A program made the translations under genes and the position numbers. 64,000 bases of DNA from Patescibacteria group bacterium. GTDB taxonomy: Bacteria > Patescibacteriota > Minisyncoccia > Phycocordibacterales > GCA-2747955. How positions within the stretch are numbered: position 1 is the first letter of the stretch; each line of letters opens with the position of its first letter. The notes under the pieces are model-generated. The model did not search any database and was not told where the DNA came from. It saw nothing but the letters and a program-made list of their open reading frames with translations. Shown here piece by piece: positions 39,383-50,300 of the stretch. The stretch is taken from contig JBLYPV010000001.1 in the NCBI GenBank assembly GCA_048538215.1, positions 467,850 through 531,849 of the forward strand, written 5' to 3'.

Positions 39383-40552
39383 ATGGATCAGTTTACCCAC
39401 ATCACTATTTCGATTGGCACCCTTATCAAGGTAGCCCTTGTGGCTCTTGCTTTTTACCTAGCTTATTTCTTTATTGATTTGATTTTGATAGTACTCACGG
39501 CGATTGTATTGGCCTCAGCAGTGGAGCCTGCGGTACAGCGATTACAGCGATTTCAAATGCCACGGATGCTTGCAGTACTTTCAGTATTTGCTCTTGGTAT
39601 CACAGCGCTCACCATACTAGGCTTTACCATCTTGCCTTCGCTTGCTAGTGAAACGGTAGCTTTTATCAAAGAATTCCCTCAGTATTTACAAGATACCAAC
39701 TTGTGGTTTTCTAATCAAGCAGAGGAATCAGAAGTATTAGGAAATTGGCTTGGTTTAGAAAGTGATTTGTCACTAGAGCAGATATATGAAAGCATTTCCC
39801 AGGCCTTGGGCTTTGCCGCCAGTGGGGTGGGCAATCTTGTTGGTTTTCTTTTTGGATCAATTTTAAATCTAGTCCTTATCCTTGTCCTCGCCTTTTATTT
39901 TGCAGCTCAGGAATATGGGATTGATAATTTTCTTAAAATTGTCGTTCCTCCCAAGCATAGCAAATACGCTATCAATCTTTGGCGTCGTAGTCAGCACAAA
40001 ATTGGCCTGTGGATGCAAGGACAGCTCGTCATTATGCTCCTCACTGGTACGATAGTGTACATAGGGCTACAATTTTTGGGCTTGGCTTATCCATTTTTAC
40101 ACGAATACGCTTTGGTGCTCGCCACCATCGCAGCTCTTGCGGAGCTGGTGCCAGTAGTGGGAGCATTTGTCTCAGCCATCCCTGCGGTGGCCTTGGCTTT
40201 GATCGGAGCAGGGCCAATGGCTGCCTTATGGGTGGCGCTCTTTTACCTGGTGTATCAGCAAATTCAAGGCAATGTTATATACCCGATGGTAGTTAATAAA
40301 GTGGTAGGAGTACCGCCCCTTTTGGTGCTTATCGGCCTTATTGTAGGAGCACAGCTTTTTGGTATTTTAGGAGCAATTCTTTCAGTGCCGATTGCTGCAG
40401 CATTTATGGAATTTGTAAAAGATGTAGAAAAGAAGCACGCACAAGAGATTATGCGTCGTAAAAAGGAGGAGAATGATTTGGCAGAAAAAATTGCAGAAAA
40501 AGTAGTAGAAAAATCATCTGGTGAAAAAATAAATACCGAGAAGAAAAAATAA
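39383..40552 (+). CDS. AI-2E family (PerM/YhhT-like) transporter
   Basis: 8-TM topology; conserved FYFAAQEYGIDNFL... region; C-terminal K/E-rich tail. Confidence 0.65.
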   Translation: MDQFTHITISIGTLIKVALVALAFYLAYFFIDLILIVLTAIVLASAVEPAVQRLQRFQMPRMLAVLSVFALGITALTILGFTILPSLASETVAFIKEFPQYLQDTNLWFSNQAEESEVLGNWLGLESDLSLEQIYESISQALGFAASGVGNLVGFLFGSILNLVLILVLAFYFAAQEYGIDNFLKIVVPPKHSKYAINLWRRSQHKIGLWMQGQLVIMLLTGTIVYIGLQFLGLAYPFLHEYALVLATIAALAELVPVVGAFVSAIPAVALALIGAGPMAALWVALFYLVYQQIQGNVIYPMVVNKVVGVPPLLVLIGLIVGAQLFGILGAILSVPIAAAFMEFVKDVEKKHAQEIMRRKKEENDLAEKIAEKVVEKSSGEKINTEKKK

Positions 40553-40622
40553 ACATCACAAAGTACTCATACTGTACAAGTAGGCACTACTAAAAAGCAC
40601 ATAGAGTATCTCTATACTATAT

Positions 40623-42065
40623 ATGAAACAAGCAATATACATTACCACCACTCTACCCTATGTAAATGGCTTACCACATATTGGGCATACGGTAGAATTT
40701 ATTCGGGCAGACATACTGGCGCGCTACTATCGTATGCTTGGGCATAAAGTCTTTTTCAATACAGGTGCCGACGAGCATGGGCAAAAAATTGCTGAGAAGG
40801 CATATGAATTATCACAAAGCCCACAAGAATATGTAGATGCACAAGTAGATCAATGGAAGGCCTTTGCTCAAAAAATCGATATGTCCTACGATTATTTTTC
40901 ATGTACTACCGACAAGCAACACAAAGAAGCCGCTCAAAAGCTTTGGGTAGTCTGTCGTGAGCGTGGCTATATTTATAAATCATCCTATGTGGCAAAGTAT
41001 TGTGTAGGTTGTGAGATGGAAAAGACCGATAGTGAGCTGGTCGATGGACGATGTGCTGATCACCCTAATCGTGAGCTTGAGCTCATTGATGAAGAAAATT
41101 ATTTTTTTGCGTTTAGTAAATTGGCAGAGGATTTATTAGAGCTTTATAAGACGAGAAAAGATTTTGTTGTCCCACCTTTCCGTCTCGATGAAATTCAAGC
41201 TTTTGTCAGCAGAGGACTACGAGATTTTTCTATCTCTCGCTTGCGTGAGAAAATGTCTTGGGGAGTGGCGGTGCCTGATGATCCTACGCAGGTGATGTAT
41301 GTGTGGTTTGATGCCCTCACCAATTATATTTCCTGTTTGGGTTGGGGGAGTAATGACGAAAGTAAATATGAGTATTTTTGGCAGAATGGGCACAGTATCC
41401 AGCTTTGTGGTAAAGATAATTTACGCCAACAAAGTGCTATCTGGCAGGCAATGTTGCTAGCTTCTGGGCTTGAGCCAACCAATACTATTTTTTGTGAAGG
41501 GCATCTGACAAGCGGAGGGACGAAGATGTCGAAATCAGTGGGTAATGTGGTCGATCCAGAGACCTATCTCGCTTATTATGGAGTAGACGCAGTACGCTAC
41601 TTTGCTCTTCGCCATATACACAATGTGCAAGACAGTGATTGGACTCCCGAGCGCTTTCACGAGGCCTATAATTCTCATTTGGTAAATGGCTTGGGCAATC
41701 TTGCCAGTAGAATTTTGAATATGGCAGAGAAATATGAAGTGCACTACACTGATTATAAGGAAGTAGATATATCTACCGATCTCAAAGATTTTGATTTTAA
41801 TACTTATGGTGATTTTGTTTGGAATATCATCGGACAAGCAGATGCATATATCACTCACGAAGAGCCCTTTCGCAAAGCCAAAGATAATATCGAAGCTGCG
41901 CGCAAAGATGTAGAGCACCTGCTTGACCTTTTATGGCAGATCAATGCGCACCTTGCACCACTTATGCCCCAGACCCACGCCAAGCTCACCCAAGCTATCA
42001 AAAACGGCGCCAAGCCAGCAGAGCCACTTTTCCCTCGGCTAGAATTTAATTCAGAAGTGTTGTAG
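40623..42065 (+). CDS. metG: Methionyl-tRNA synthetase (short form without the C-terminal tRNA-binding domain)
   Basis: HIGH-type LPHIGH and KMSKS. Confidence 0.9.
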   Translation: MKQAIYITTTLPYVNGLPHIGHTVEFIRADILARYYRMLGHKVFFNTGADEHGQKIAEKAYELSQSPQEYVDAQVDQWKAFAQKIDMSYDYFSCTTDKQHKEAAQKLWVVCRERGYIYKSSYVAKYCVGCEMEKTDSELVDGRCADHPNRELELIDEENYFFAFSKLAEDLLELYKTRKDFVVPPFRLDEIQAFVSRGLRDFSISRLREKMSWGVAVPDDPTQVMYVWFDALTNYISCLGWGSNDESKYEYFWQNGHSIQLCGKDNLRQQSAIWQAMLLASGLEPTNTIFCEGHLTSGGTKMSKSVGNVVDPETYLAYYGVDAVRYFALRHIHNVQDSDWTPERFHEAYNSHLVNGLGNLASRILNMAEKYEVHYTDYKEVDISTDLKDFDFNTYGDFVWNIIGQADAYITHEEPFRKAKDNIEAARKDVEHLLDLLWQINAHLAPLMPQTHAKLTQAIKNGAKPAEPLFPRLEFNSEVL

Positions 42066-42167
42066 GGATCTCTATTTGAGAGCGTCCTATGCCTTATAAA
42101 TACGCTTTGGCTTAGCCGTGTATATCTCGGCATTTCTACAGATTGATGCTGTGATACACTCAAGTAT

Positions 42168-43703
42168 ATGAATCTCGGGAAGGTCTTTTCGGCTCAAACA
42201 GATTTAGCTACCTCAAATACCATTGAAATTGAGGTGGACATCAACAAGCATAGCCTGCCGGCTTTTCAAGTGGTGGGCTTGCCCGATAAAGCGGTGGAGG
42301 AATCGCGTGAGCGTGTCTCGGGTGCTATTAAAAATTCTGGCTACACCTCTCCCAAACAATATAAGACAATAGTGTCACTCTCTCCTGCTTGTGTAAAAAA
42401 AGAAGGAGGACACTTTGATTTGCCCATCGCCGTAGGGCTTTTGCTTGCAAATACAGATGAGGAATTATCCTTTAATTCAGAAGGGATATGTTTTGCTGGG
42501 GAGCTTTCACTAGAGGGGAAGGTGCGAAAAGTGGATGGGATTTTAGCCCTTGCCCTACACGCCCAACAAGCTGGCTTTCACAGTATTTATGTGCCAGAAG
42601 CCAATGCACAAGAAGCAGCTTTAATTGAAGGGATTACCGTATATCCGGTAAAAAATTTGCGAGAGCTTGTTTTGCATTTAGGAGAAATGGGAAGGGAGCA
42701 GGCACAAGCATCTTTGCTTATTAGCCCTGTACCCACCATAGAGTATAAAGCAGAAGAGATGGGAGAAGTAGAAATTGATTTTGCTGACATTGTAGAGCAA
42801 AAGCAGGCAAAGCGGGCGCTCGTGATCGCTGCTTCTGGAGGGCACAATACAGCAATGTATGGCCCAGCAGGCACGGGCAAGACTATGCTTGCCAAAGCTC
42901 TCGCAGGCATTTTGCCACCGCTTGAATACAAACAAATGATAGAGAGCACGATGATTCATTCTTATCATGGTATTTTAGAGCGTGTGCCAATTGCTCGCCC
43001 TCCTTTTCGTGCTCCGCATCACACTGCTTCCTATGTATCAATTATTGGGGGAGGCACTTATCCACGCCCTGGTGAGATTTCTCTTGCTCACAATGGGGTG
43101 CTCTTTTTGGATGAATTCCCAGAATTTGATAAGCGGGTACTAGAGTCACTTCGTGAGCCACTCGAAGAAGGAGAAGTACGCATCGCTCGCTCTCGTGGGA
43201 GTGTGACTTTTCCTGCAGATGTATGCTTGGTAGCAGCTATGAATCCACCTTCAGCGGTCTATCGCGACCCGCAGACTATCACTCCAAGTGTGGTACGCAA
43301 TTTTGAAAAGAAAATATCAGGGCCGATTATGGATCGTATAGATATGTGGGTAGAAGTGCCTAAAATTGAACACAATAAATTGCTGGATCACTCTCAAAAA
43401 GGTGAAAGCTCACAAGAGATTCGCAAGCGTGTGCTCGAGGCTCGTGCTCGACAAAGCAAACGATTGGGAGTAGGGCGCACCAATGCTTCGATGAGTGCGC
43501 GAGAAATACAAGAGGTAGATTTCCTGTCTCAAGAAGCAAAAAATATATTAGACATCTCAGCTCAAAAATTTGGCTTTTCGCCACGGGTATATCACAAGCT
43601 TATCAAGCTTGCTCGTACCATCGCAGACCTGGACGAATCCGACGATGTAGAAGAGGCACACATTCTTGAGGCACTCTCTTATCGGCCCCGTGCTGTCACC
43701 TAA
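42168..43703 (+). CDS. comM: YifB/ComM-family Mg-chelatase-like AAA+ ATPase
   Basis: N-terminal Lon-like domain; Walker A GPAGTGKTMLA; ChlI-like C-terminal. Confidence 0.85.
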   Translation: MNLGKVFSAQTDLATSNTIEIEVDINKHSLPAFQVVGLPDKAVEESRERVSGAIKNSGYTSPKQYKTIVSLSPACVKKEGGHFDLPIAVGLLLANTDEELSFNSEGICFAGELSLEGKVRKVDGILALALHAQQAGFHSIYVPEANAQEAALIEGITVYPVKNLRELVLHLGEMGREQAQASLLISPVPTIEYKAEEMGEVEIDFADIVEQKQAKRALVIAASGGHNTAMYGPAGTGKTMLAKALAGILPPLEYKQMIESTMIHSYHGILERVPIARPPFRAPHHTASYVSIIGGGTYPRPGEISLAHNGVLFLDEFPEFDKRVLESLREPLEEGEVRIARSRGSVTFPADVCLVAAMNPPSAVYRDPQTITPSVVRNFEKKISGPIMDRIDMWVEVPKIEHNKLLDHSQKGESSQEIRKRVLEARARQSKRLGVGRTNASMSAREIQEVDFLSQEAKNILDISAQKFGFSPRVYHKLIKLARTIADLDESDDVEEAHILEALSYRPRAVT

Positions 43704-43725
43704 ATCACTGTGCTACAATAGCCAA

Positions 43726-44649
43726 ATGCAATTAGCAAAATTATTGACTAATCAGACTATCATAATACGTGTAGCGCTTACAACAACTGCTCTGGCGCTC
43801 GTTGTAATTTCACTGGCGCTTTATTGGGTAATGCAAGAATATCAAAGATTTCAAGCGCAAAGTGCGGAGGATATAGAAAAATACCGTGCTCTTTTTGCCC
43901 AGGCTTCTTTTGAACGCTTTGATGCACTCGTTGATTTAGATCAAGCCCAATCACGACTACAAGAAATTCGAGAGATTATGGAGGAGCAGGAAGATCGGGT
44001 AGTGGAGATAGAGGATGAATATGAAAAAATCAATAGTACAGTGCGAGATTTACTCAAGCTTGGAAGTACAGACGAGGAGCTTTTACAAAAATATTCTCGT
44101 GTATATTTTTTAAATGAAAATTACATCCCGAGTGACTTAGAAATGATTGATAAAGAATATCTGTGGGGGGATAAAGCACTACAGATTCATGGAAGTGTTG
44201 AAAGATTTCTAGACGATTTGATGGATGAGGCAGAAGATGATGGTATGGAGCTACGCATTATTTCTGCCTATCGGTCTTTTGATTACCAAGGGGCCTTAAA
44301 AAATCAATATCTTACCATTTATGGCTCAGGAGCTAATCAATTTTCTGCTGACCAGGGCTATAGTGAGCACCAGCTTGGGACAACTATTGATTTCACCACT
44401 CCAAAGATTGGAAGTGCTATCTCGCGCTTTGATGAGACTGATGAATTCAAGTGGCTTCAAGATAATGCTCATCGCTTTGGCTTTGTGCTCTCGTACCCAC
44501 CCAATAATAGCTACTATCAATACGAGCCATGGCACTGGCGATTTGTCGGCAAAGATTTAGCTGATGATTTACACGACGACGATCAATATTTTTATGATCT
44601 TCCTCAGCGAAAAATCAATGAGTATCTCTTGGGAATCTTTGATCGCTAA
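43726..44649 (+). CDS. M15-family D-Ala-D-Ala carboxypeptidase (VanY-like), membrane anchored
   Basis: SAYRS...SEHQLGTTIDF...EPWHWRFVG is the VanY/M15B zinc-peptidase signature. Start at MQLAKLL, behind a TACAAT box. Confidence 0.7.
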   Translation: MQLAKLLTNQTIIIRVALTTTALALVVISLALYWVMQEYQRFQAQSAEDIEKYRALFAQASFERFDALVDLDQAQSRLQEIREIMEEQEDRVVEIEDEYEKINSTVRDLLKLGSTDEELLQKYSRVYFLNENYIPSDLEMIDKEYLWGDKALQIHGSVERFLDDLMDEAEDDGMELRIISAYRSFDYQGALKNQYLTIYGSGANQFSADQGYSEHQLGTTIDFTTPKIGSAISRFDETDEFKWLQDNAHRFGFVLSYPPNNSYYQYEPWHWRFVGKDLADDLHDDDQYFYDLPQRKINEYLLGIFDR

Positions 44650-44668
44650 TATTTGCAAGCCACTTGTG

Positions 44669-44710
44669 AGCCCACTTGGGAGCTCGGCTCCCAAGTGGGC
44701 AGATTTTTAA
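44669..44710. terminator. Bidirectional terminator between the vanY-like gene and tatD
   Basis: GCCCACTTGGGAGC-TCGG-CTCCCAAGTGGGC followed by AGATTTTTAA. Confidence 0.6.
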
Positions 44711-45546
44711 GTCGTGAGCGTGATACCAAAGACTCGCTCGGTATTTTTCAAAATTTGTACACGCACTTCTTCTTCGTCGAGATTATGAATCTCGGCAATT
44801 TTTTTGTATACATACTCTACATATAATGGGCTGTTGGTTTTCCCACGATGAGGCACGGGAGCTGCATAGGGGGTGTCTGTTTCAGCTAAAATATATTTAA
44901 GTGGGATGCTCTGCACCATTTCATCAAGGCGAGCATTGCTAAAGGTGATCACCCCGGGGAGTGAAATATAGTGCCCCCTTTTAGTAATTTCTTGAGCCAA
45001 TTCGGTACTTGCAGTATAGAAGTGAAAGATAGCTTGTAAGCTTTGACTATCTTTATGCGAGTCAAGAATCTCTAGGGCTTCACGATGGGCATCTTCAGTG
45101 CCCTCACTTGATCGCAGATGCAACATTAGTGGCAAATCATTCACAAGAGCCAAGGTGATTTGTTTGTGGAATAATATTCTTTGGCGTACTTTATCTGCTT
45201 CAAAATCTTCTTGAGTGATTTCATTATTGGCTAATTTTTTTGAGAGCCAATAGTAATCAAGCCCACATTCACCAATACATACTACTTCATCAGTATGTTC
45301 ATCAATGAGCTTTTGATATATCGATGGCTTAAATTCTTCTTTGGGGTTGTCTACTGGATGTTGGCCAATACAAGCCCAAATATTCTCACAGCTTCGTGCT
45401 ATAGCTAGCGCTCGGCGTGAGCTCTCGCTATCTACACCCACCGTACAAGCAGCAATAGCTTCTTGTTTCATAGTATGCAAAATCTTTTCTCTAGTAGGGG
45501 CTATTTGCTTACTATCTAAATGGCAATGCGCATCAAAATATTTCAT
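44707..45546 (-). CDS. tatD: TatD-family metal-dependent DNase/hydrolase
   Basis: MKYFDAHCHLD N-terminus; conserved His/Glu/Asp positions. Confidence 0.85.
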   Translation of the reverse strand: MKYFDAHCHLDSKQIAPTREKILHTMKQEAIAACTVGVDSESSRRALAIARSCENIWACIGQHPVDNPKEEFKPSIYQKLIDEHTDEVVCIGECGLDYYWLSKKLANNEITQEDFEADKVRQRILFHKQITLALVNDLPLMLHLRSSEGTEDAHREALEILDSHKDSQSLQAIFHFYTASTELAQEITKRGHYISLPGVITFSNARLDEMVQSIPLKYILAETDTPYAAPVPHRGKTNSPLYVEYVYKKIAEIHNLDEEEVRVQILKNTERVFGITLTT

Positions 45547-45591
45547 AGTATGAGTATATCAGATACACAAGTGTTGGCCTTCGATCTTGAT

Positions 45592-45822
45592 TTACAAAGG
45601 ATAATTCTTTAGCTCGGCTCGCTTAAGCGAGCGCTCTTCTCGGAGCTTTTCTAAAATTTCTCCATCACCTGGTCGGTGCTCACCTTGTCCGAGATAGTGC
45701 TCCATTGCAGAGATGCGATCTTCAATCTTGCGCAGATCTTCTTCGATTCGATTACGCGCTTTGTCTCGCTCTGCCATTTCACGTAAGCGTCGATGGGGAG
45801 CTGATTCGAAAGGATTTTTCAT
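45592..45822 (-). CDS. Small charged hypothetical protein (DUF465/YdcH-like?)
   Basis: 76-aa helical, E/R-rich ORF. Confidence 0.3.
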   Translation of the reverse strand: MKNPFESAPHRRLREMAERDKARNRIEEDLRKIEDRISAMEHYLGQGEHRPGDGEILEKLREERSLKRAELKNYPL

Positions 45823-45965
45823 TGCCTTAGTATATCAAAAACACCGGGTTCTCATAGACTTATGGGGAAGAGTGATACGCACGGCAAAGCATAGGGGGGA
45901 ATATCTGTTCATATTTTTTAAGTTTTTCTATTTTCTCTATTTACCTTATTCGTGTAAATCATTTT

Positions 45966-46002
45966 ATGCTAAAAGTTGTCCGGGTTCGACAACTTTCACC
46001 AT
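45966..46002. repeat. Family-B palindromic element (ATGCTAAAAGTTGTCC-GGGTT-CGACAACTTTCACCAT)
   Basis: Inverted repeat read in the sequence; located in the promoter region upstream of the 46063 operon. Confidence 0.7.
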
Positions 46003-46062
46003 AAAATAAATAGTGGATAAATATCTTTTATTTATCTTATAAAATTGATAGGGTAAAAAATA

Positions 46063-47397
46063 ATGAGCGGGCTAGAGGACCATTTCACTCGAGCAAAGCA
46101 ACACAAATACGCGGGGCGTAAGCTCTTATGGTGGGGCCTGCACCCATTTCTTTTTATCATTATCTTTTCAGCGGTGCGTGCGGATGATGATTTTTATGCC
46201 ACTCTTCAAGGCATACTTTCTGTCAAAGATGGTCGAGTCGGTATCCAAAGTGCTAGCCTCCAGGGGGCGCTCAATATAGGAGGGCAAGCCCAGGCCACCA
46301 AAGGTATTGTGGCTCTAGGTGATGATGGGCAAGCCCATACCATTATTTCTGCTACCGAAGATGGGGGCTTGTGTGTGGGCGAGTGTGGAGAAGAGAGCAC
46401 TGCTAGTACCACAAGTGCAAGCACCTCGGTACAGAGTCGTGCCACCAACGAAGATACTGCTAGTACAAGCTCGAGCCAAGAAGCTACTGATCGTGCCACA
46501 GACGAGAAAAATGATGATCAATCAAGTATAAGCTCCAGTAAAAGCATAAATGCAACTTCGAGTGCCTCTAGTACCGACACAGGATCACCCAATCAATCAC
46601 CGGCCACATCTTCAGATCCCCAGACAGAATCAGGAGATTCATCCTCAGATGACAAAGAGGGTACCGTGCGCTTCACCGGAAAGAGAAGCTCAGGTGGAGG
46701 ATCATCAAATGATGGCTCTGATGAAGAGATTATAGTAGAGGAGATTCCTCATCAAGACACGGGGAGTACAAGCACGAGTAGTGAAGCAGTAGGTTTGTAT
46801 GATGCATTTGCTACTCTCCTCCAGTCTGTTTTATCAATTGGGAGAGGAAGCTTGGGGGTAGGAATGCAGGCGCTTGATGCCTATCGATTGGCGGTAAATG
46901 GCTGGATATTCACCACCGAAGGAATCATAGTAGGAGCACAGGGCGATCAGCAAGTAGGCTTTGGTATTAGCTCAAATGGGATGTGCCTTGGTAGGTGCGA
47001 CTTCGATATTTCAGAGCCTATCAATGTCGAAGCGAATGAAGAAGAAGCAAATAGGACACCACCAGAATCAGACGAAGATGATGCACCTAAAGTACAAGCC
47101 ACTACTCTCATCGCCACAAGCAGTGAGAGCGTCAGCTCTAGCCCAATCACCGGTACAAGTAGCACCAGCACAAGCCCTGCTGGCTTGCAAGAGGGAGGAG
47201 CTGATCAAGAGGTCGAAGATTCAAGTGCAAGCACCACGAGTACTAGCACCCTCGCTACTACCACTGCCACTACTACAAGTACGAGCACCTCACCCAGTGC
47301 TCAAGAAGCAAAAAATGAAATTGCCACATCCACTGCCTCTTCAAGCCAAGAGCAGGGCGCTTCAAGCACTACAAGTACAAGTAGCACTCCGCACTAA
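46063..47397 (+). CDS. Ser/Thr-rich secreted or anchored protein (low complexity) with two Cys-containing G-rich modules
   Basis: N-terminal hydrophobic anchor; more than 40% S/T in linkers; motifs GGLCVGECGEE and GMCLGRCDFD. Confidence 0.5.
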   Translation: MSGLEDHFTRAKQHKYAGRKLLWWGLHPFLFIIIFSAVRADDDFYATLQGILSVKDGRVGIQSASLQGALNIGGQAQATKGIVALGDDGQAHTIISATEDGGLCVGECGEESTASTTSASTSVQSRATNEDTASTSSSQEATDRATDEKNDDQSSISSSKSINATSSASSTDTGSPNQSPATSSDPQTESGDSSSDDKEGTVRFTGKRSSGGGSSNDGSDEEIIVEEIPHQDTGSTSTSSEAVGLYDAFATLLQSVLSIGRGSLGVGMQALDAYRLAVNGWIFTTEGIIVGAQGDQQVGFGISSNGMCLGRCDFDISEPINVEANEEEANRTPPESDEDDAPKVQATTLIATSSESVSSSPITGTSSTSTSPAGLQEGGADQEVEDSSASTTSTSTLATTTATTTSTSTSPSAQEAKNEIATSTASSSQEQGASSTTSTSSTPH

Positions 47398-47399
47398 AT

Positions 47400-50300
47400 A
47401 TGTTTTTAATAGACCAACAAAAAAGAGGGAAAATAGGGATCGTAATACTATTATTTGGTACAGGGATAATCCTTCCTTCACTTTGCTTGGCTCAAGAAGT
47501 GCCAGTAGCAACTATTCATAGTATAAAGCCTAATGGGCACTGGCATGATTCCAGCACATGGCTAGAGCATCGTATTCCCACCACAGATGATGTCGTGTAT
47601 GTGGATGTGCCTATAAAAATGAGGCACCAGCCTACGATTGTTCGTGGTCTGCACATTACCCCTTCGGGAAGGATTGATGGCTTAGGAAAGTATAATAATG
47701 GCTATCTTGCAGTGAGTGATTATTTTTATAACCAAGGAAGCATTGGCCGGAATATGTTTGAGCTTAAGCTAGGAGGGTGGATACGAGCCCTTGGGAGTAT
47801 TGCACTTAATAAAATCCGATTAAGTGGAGGGGAGATAGAGCTACCTCCAGTGGTGAATCACAATCTTTCTCTCACAAGAGATATTAGCCTTGTCAATCAA
47901 TCGCTAAAGCTTGGTGGTAGATTTGAAACAAATAATCGTATCATTACCCTGACCGCTACGAGCACTGATTTAGAGCTAGAGAATCCAGTAGACAAGCTTA
48001 TCGTCTACGGTACGAGCACTATTAATATAGGTCGGGAAGAATCGGAAGCAAGGATGATAGTAGATAGCATACAAGCTGCCTCATCTACTGTGCACTTTCA
48101 AGCTCCTAATATGGGCATAAATGGTGATGTTCGTGCAGAGAAAATATATATACATCATAGCCTCAAGCTTGAGGAGTCCAATATACGATTTACTGGAGAT
48201 GTCTATATCAAGCCGGGAGGCTACATCAATGGCGAAGCCTGGCGAGTAGTACACTGGTTTGAAATTGTGGGCGACTTGATCAATTATGGCTCGGTGGGGC
48301 CGTATGTCTATCTACATTTATGGGGGAGCTTGCACAATCATGGAAGTTATAGCAATTCGCAAGGTTTGGTGTTGCGAGGTGATGGAGAACGAAATTTTAT
48401 CGGTAGTATTCCCAATAAAGTATATTTGCGAGGTAATCAGATTTGGAGGTCTTCCCCTACTTTGTATGTTTTAGATACAGGTGGATACGAGATTACCCTT
48501 CCTCAAGGGGTAGGCCTCGCGCTCTCCAGTAGCAATGGTGATCTCAAAGTTGCTGGCTCGGGCGTTATCACCTATGTAGACCCAGTAACTCCCGACTACC
48601 AAGCATACGCTAGAGCTATTTATGCCCCAGATGCACGAGTGATTTTTGGTGCCAAGGGCTCGATATCTGATGATATTAGCGCCAATGTTATTGAAATCCG
48701 TGATCGATTAGAGGTAGCAGATTCTCTTACTATGAATGCCAATCAAGTAGCCTTTATCGGTGGGACTTTGCAGAGTGACAGCGAAAAATACAAGCGTCTA
48801 GTAGAGATCAACACCCCTTCTCTCCGGGGAGCTGGGCACCTAGGAAGCTACCTGGAGGCGTACTTTAATACAGATATTCCGCGAGGATTTAGTGCCGGAT
48901 GGAATACAGGAATCTATTTGCGTCACCGAGCAGATCAGACAGGCGATCAATTCAAGCTTGCAAGCTCAAGCGAAAGTATACTCGCTGGCATACAAGATAT
49001 TTTCTTAGATAGAGAGCCAAATTTGCGAGAGGTGCTCAATTCAGGAAAAGCCCACTACTATAGCTATCATAGCAATAATAGCTGGAGCGATATCTGGAGC
49101 ATCAATGCTGAGTACAACCCTTTTAATCTTCAAGAGGAATTAGCTCGGCGAAGCTATTTTGATTTTTCTTTTGTTCCACATCAGCAATCAGGAGAGCCAT
49201 TTTGGGTGCAAATTACTGCTCGGGATGCTACGTATGCTGGCGAGCTACATTTGAGTGCAAAGCGAGGAAGGGTATCACCTCGCCGGATTACACTAAGCGA
49301 TGGTAGCTGGCAGGGGGAGCTACGAATAATTGGTGAAGGTAGTGGAGAACAGCTAGTCGCTACTGGCTTGGGCAAATACGCAGGATACTCTGGACGATCA
49401 AATTATTTTGGTGTCAGCCAAGCGCAAGCCCTTGAGGGGGTGATTCGAGGGGTAGTACGGAGTGCTTCTGGAGCCCGTATTGATTATGGCTTGGTGGAAT
49501 TTACCGATCTCACCACCGGGGAGCATTGGAGCACTAGCATTGATAGCAATGGAAGATATAGCATCGCTCTGCCTTGCGGGGCATATGAGGTAAAAGCTTC
49601 GGGGGCAAGTTTGCGCAGTCTTTCTCTTTCCTGTGGTGAGACAATTATTTATGATATAGAGATAAGTAGATCTTGTGTAGCAGATAGGCGTATCCCAGTC
49701 ATCTTTGTGCCGGGGATTCAAGGATCAGATTCTTCTGATAATCCAACAGTCATATTCCCTGAGCTTCTCTCCTACGCCCCTCGCTGGGACTCTGCTAAGC
49801 TTCATCTGCATGATCCATTTGGTGCTGTGGGCTGGAAGCGCTTGCAAGAAGCACTCGAAGAGGAGGGCTATCGATATGGATGTACTATTTTTGCCGCTCC
49901 CTATGATTGGGCACTTTCGGCACAAGATAGTGCCGAGCAATATTTGATGCCAATGATAGAGCACGCCAAGAAAGTAGCATCCTCTACCCAGGTAGATATT
50001 GTGGCGCATTCGATGGGGGGATTGGTGGCTCGGGTGTATATTCAAGGCGAGGAATATCAGGGTGATGTTCGCCGTTTTGCTATGGTGGGCACTCCCAATG
50101 CTGGATCGGCAATGGCATATTTTTCTTGGGAGGGAGGAGATACAGAGCAGGCCGATAGCTATGGTGGTAATTTTTTTGAACATTTACTATCAAAAATTCA
50201 ACAAACAAATCAATTTCAAACGAAAACGACCGTAAAGAATCATTTGATAAAGACAGGAGAAGAAAAGCCACTGTGCTGGGGCTTTGGCCCACCATCAGAA